Origin: Felis catus
Lineage: Eukaryota
Length of the DNA: 64,000 nt
NCBI RefSeq assembly: GCF_018350175.1
Contig: NC_058373.1
Span: forward strand, 101,806,001-101,870,000
Direction: 5' to 3'
Shown one piece after another: positions 63,141-64,000 of the stretch (its first letter is position 1; each line of letters opens with the position of its first letter). The notes beneath the pieces are model-generated. The model was not told the origin of the DNA, did no database searches, and saw only the letters and a list, made by a program, of their open reading frames with translations. Made by a program: the position numbers and the translations under genes.

Positions 63141-64000
63141 TGTTCTGCTACAGGGTCATGAAGGACAGACAGACAGGGAAAGACAGAAAGAAGGATGAGC
63201 CTCATATCAGTGCTCAAGACAACAGAGCAGAGGACATTTAGATTAGCCTGCCATATTTGTCTTCTTTCCACTGAGAAGAAGCACCACTGATAAGTCAGAG
63301 CAGTGGCTGGGCTACAGAGTTTGTTGCTACTGCCTGGATCTGTTAGAAATTGATTGCTGTGAAACTCCCTGAACACAGTGCACCCAGACTGCCTGCCTCA
63401 TATTCTAGTTGCTAGAGGAGGCTTAGCCAAGGGACTGTTAAATAGCTCACATGATCCCGACCCAGAGTCCCTTATCAAGGGGGGGGGTGCCACTTTCTCC
63501 CCAGATGCTCCCTTTAGCACACGTGCTTTCCATGGAACGCTCCCTTCAAGGGAACAGTCACAGACTTGAAATCACCATGACTAGGAATGAGTAGCAAATG
63601 TGTCAAGTGTGGCTGAATCAAGCTGATAAAGAATATTGAATGGGGGCTTTTATCCTTAGAAGCCTGACTCTTAATGTGGTTGGTTTTTAACCAGGCTCCC
63701 AGTAGCTATTAGCATTTCTGCTCACGATAGTGCCCCTCTCCCTTACACACAGAAAAATCTATCTTAAATGTATTGTGAACTTTAGAGCACGTCAGTGGAA
63801 GTGACCTATCATTCAGGAGCATGGAAGGATGACTTTGTCAGCATGGAGAGAACACTTTGCACCCAGAATCCTAGAGTGAACGGAATACCTACTCCAGCTT
63901 TGATGAATCACAGCTGAATCATGTTTAAGTGTGTGCTTCATTTTGAGGGATTCCCTTCTTCCTCCTCCTCCCTCCTCCCCACCCCTCCAGGGTGAAAGGC

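Overview
Mammalian genomic DNA, almost certainly from a cat or other felid. The evidence is about 35 tRNA-derived Can-SINEs, including CpG-rich young copies of the felid SINEC_Fc type. I found no recognisable protein-coding exon. The only ORFs with recognisable products are transposon remnants (LINE-1 ORF2 C-terminus, Tigger/Jerky-like transposase N-terminus); the rest are chance frames or SINE/microsatellite read-throughs. The window reads as a large intron or intergenic segment. It contains Can-SINEs, MIRs, L2, old L1 3' ends, MaLR/ERVL solo LTRs and hAT/Tigger DNA-transposon fossils, separated by unique DNA with some enhancer-like motifs. The most notable items are: a 3'-truncated U6 snRNA retrocopy with a perfect 15-bp TSD nested in a Tigger fossil; a ~310-bp AT-rich fold-back palindrome with unique-sequence ends; several sites where SINEs inserted repeatedly into the same target duplication, one giving an inverted pair 21 bp apart; a very young, possibly polymorphic SINE; and a near-perfect RFX X-box. 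The sequence alone does not support a new biological system. Repeat subfamily names come from recalled consensus sequences, and old-repeat boundaries are approximate.
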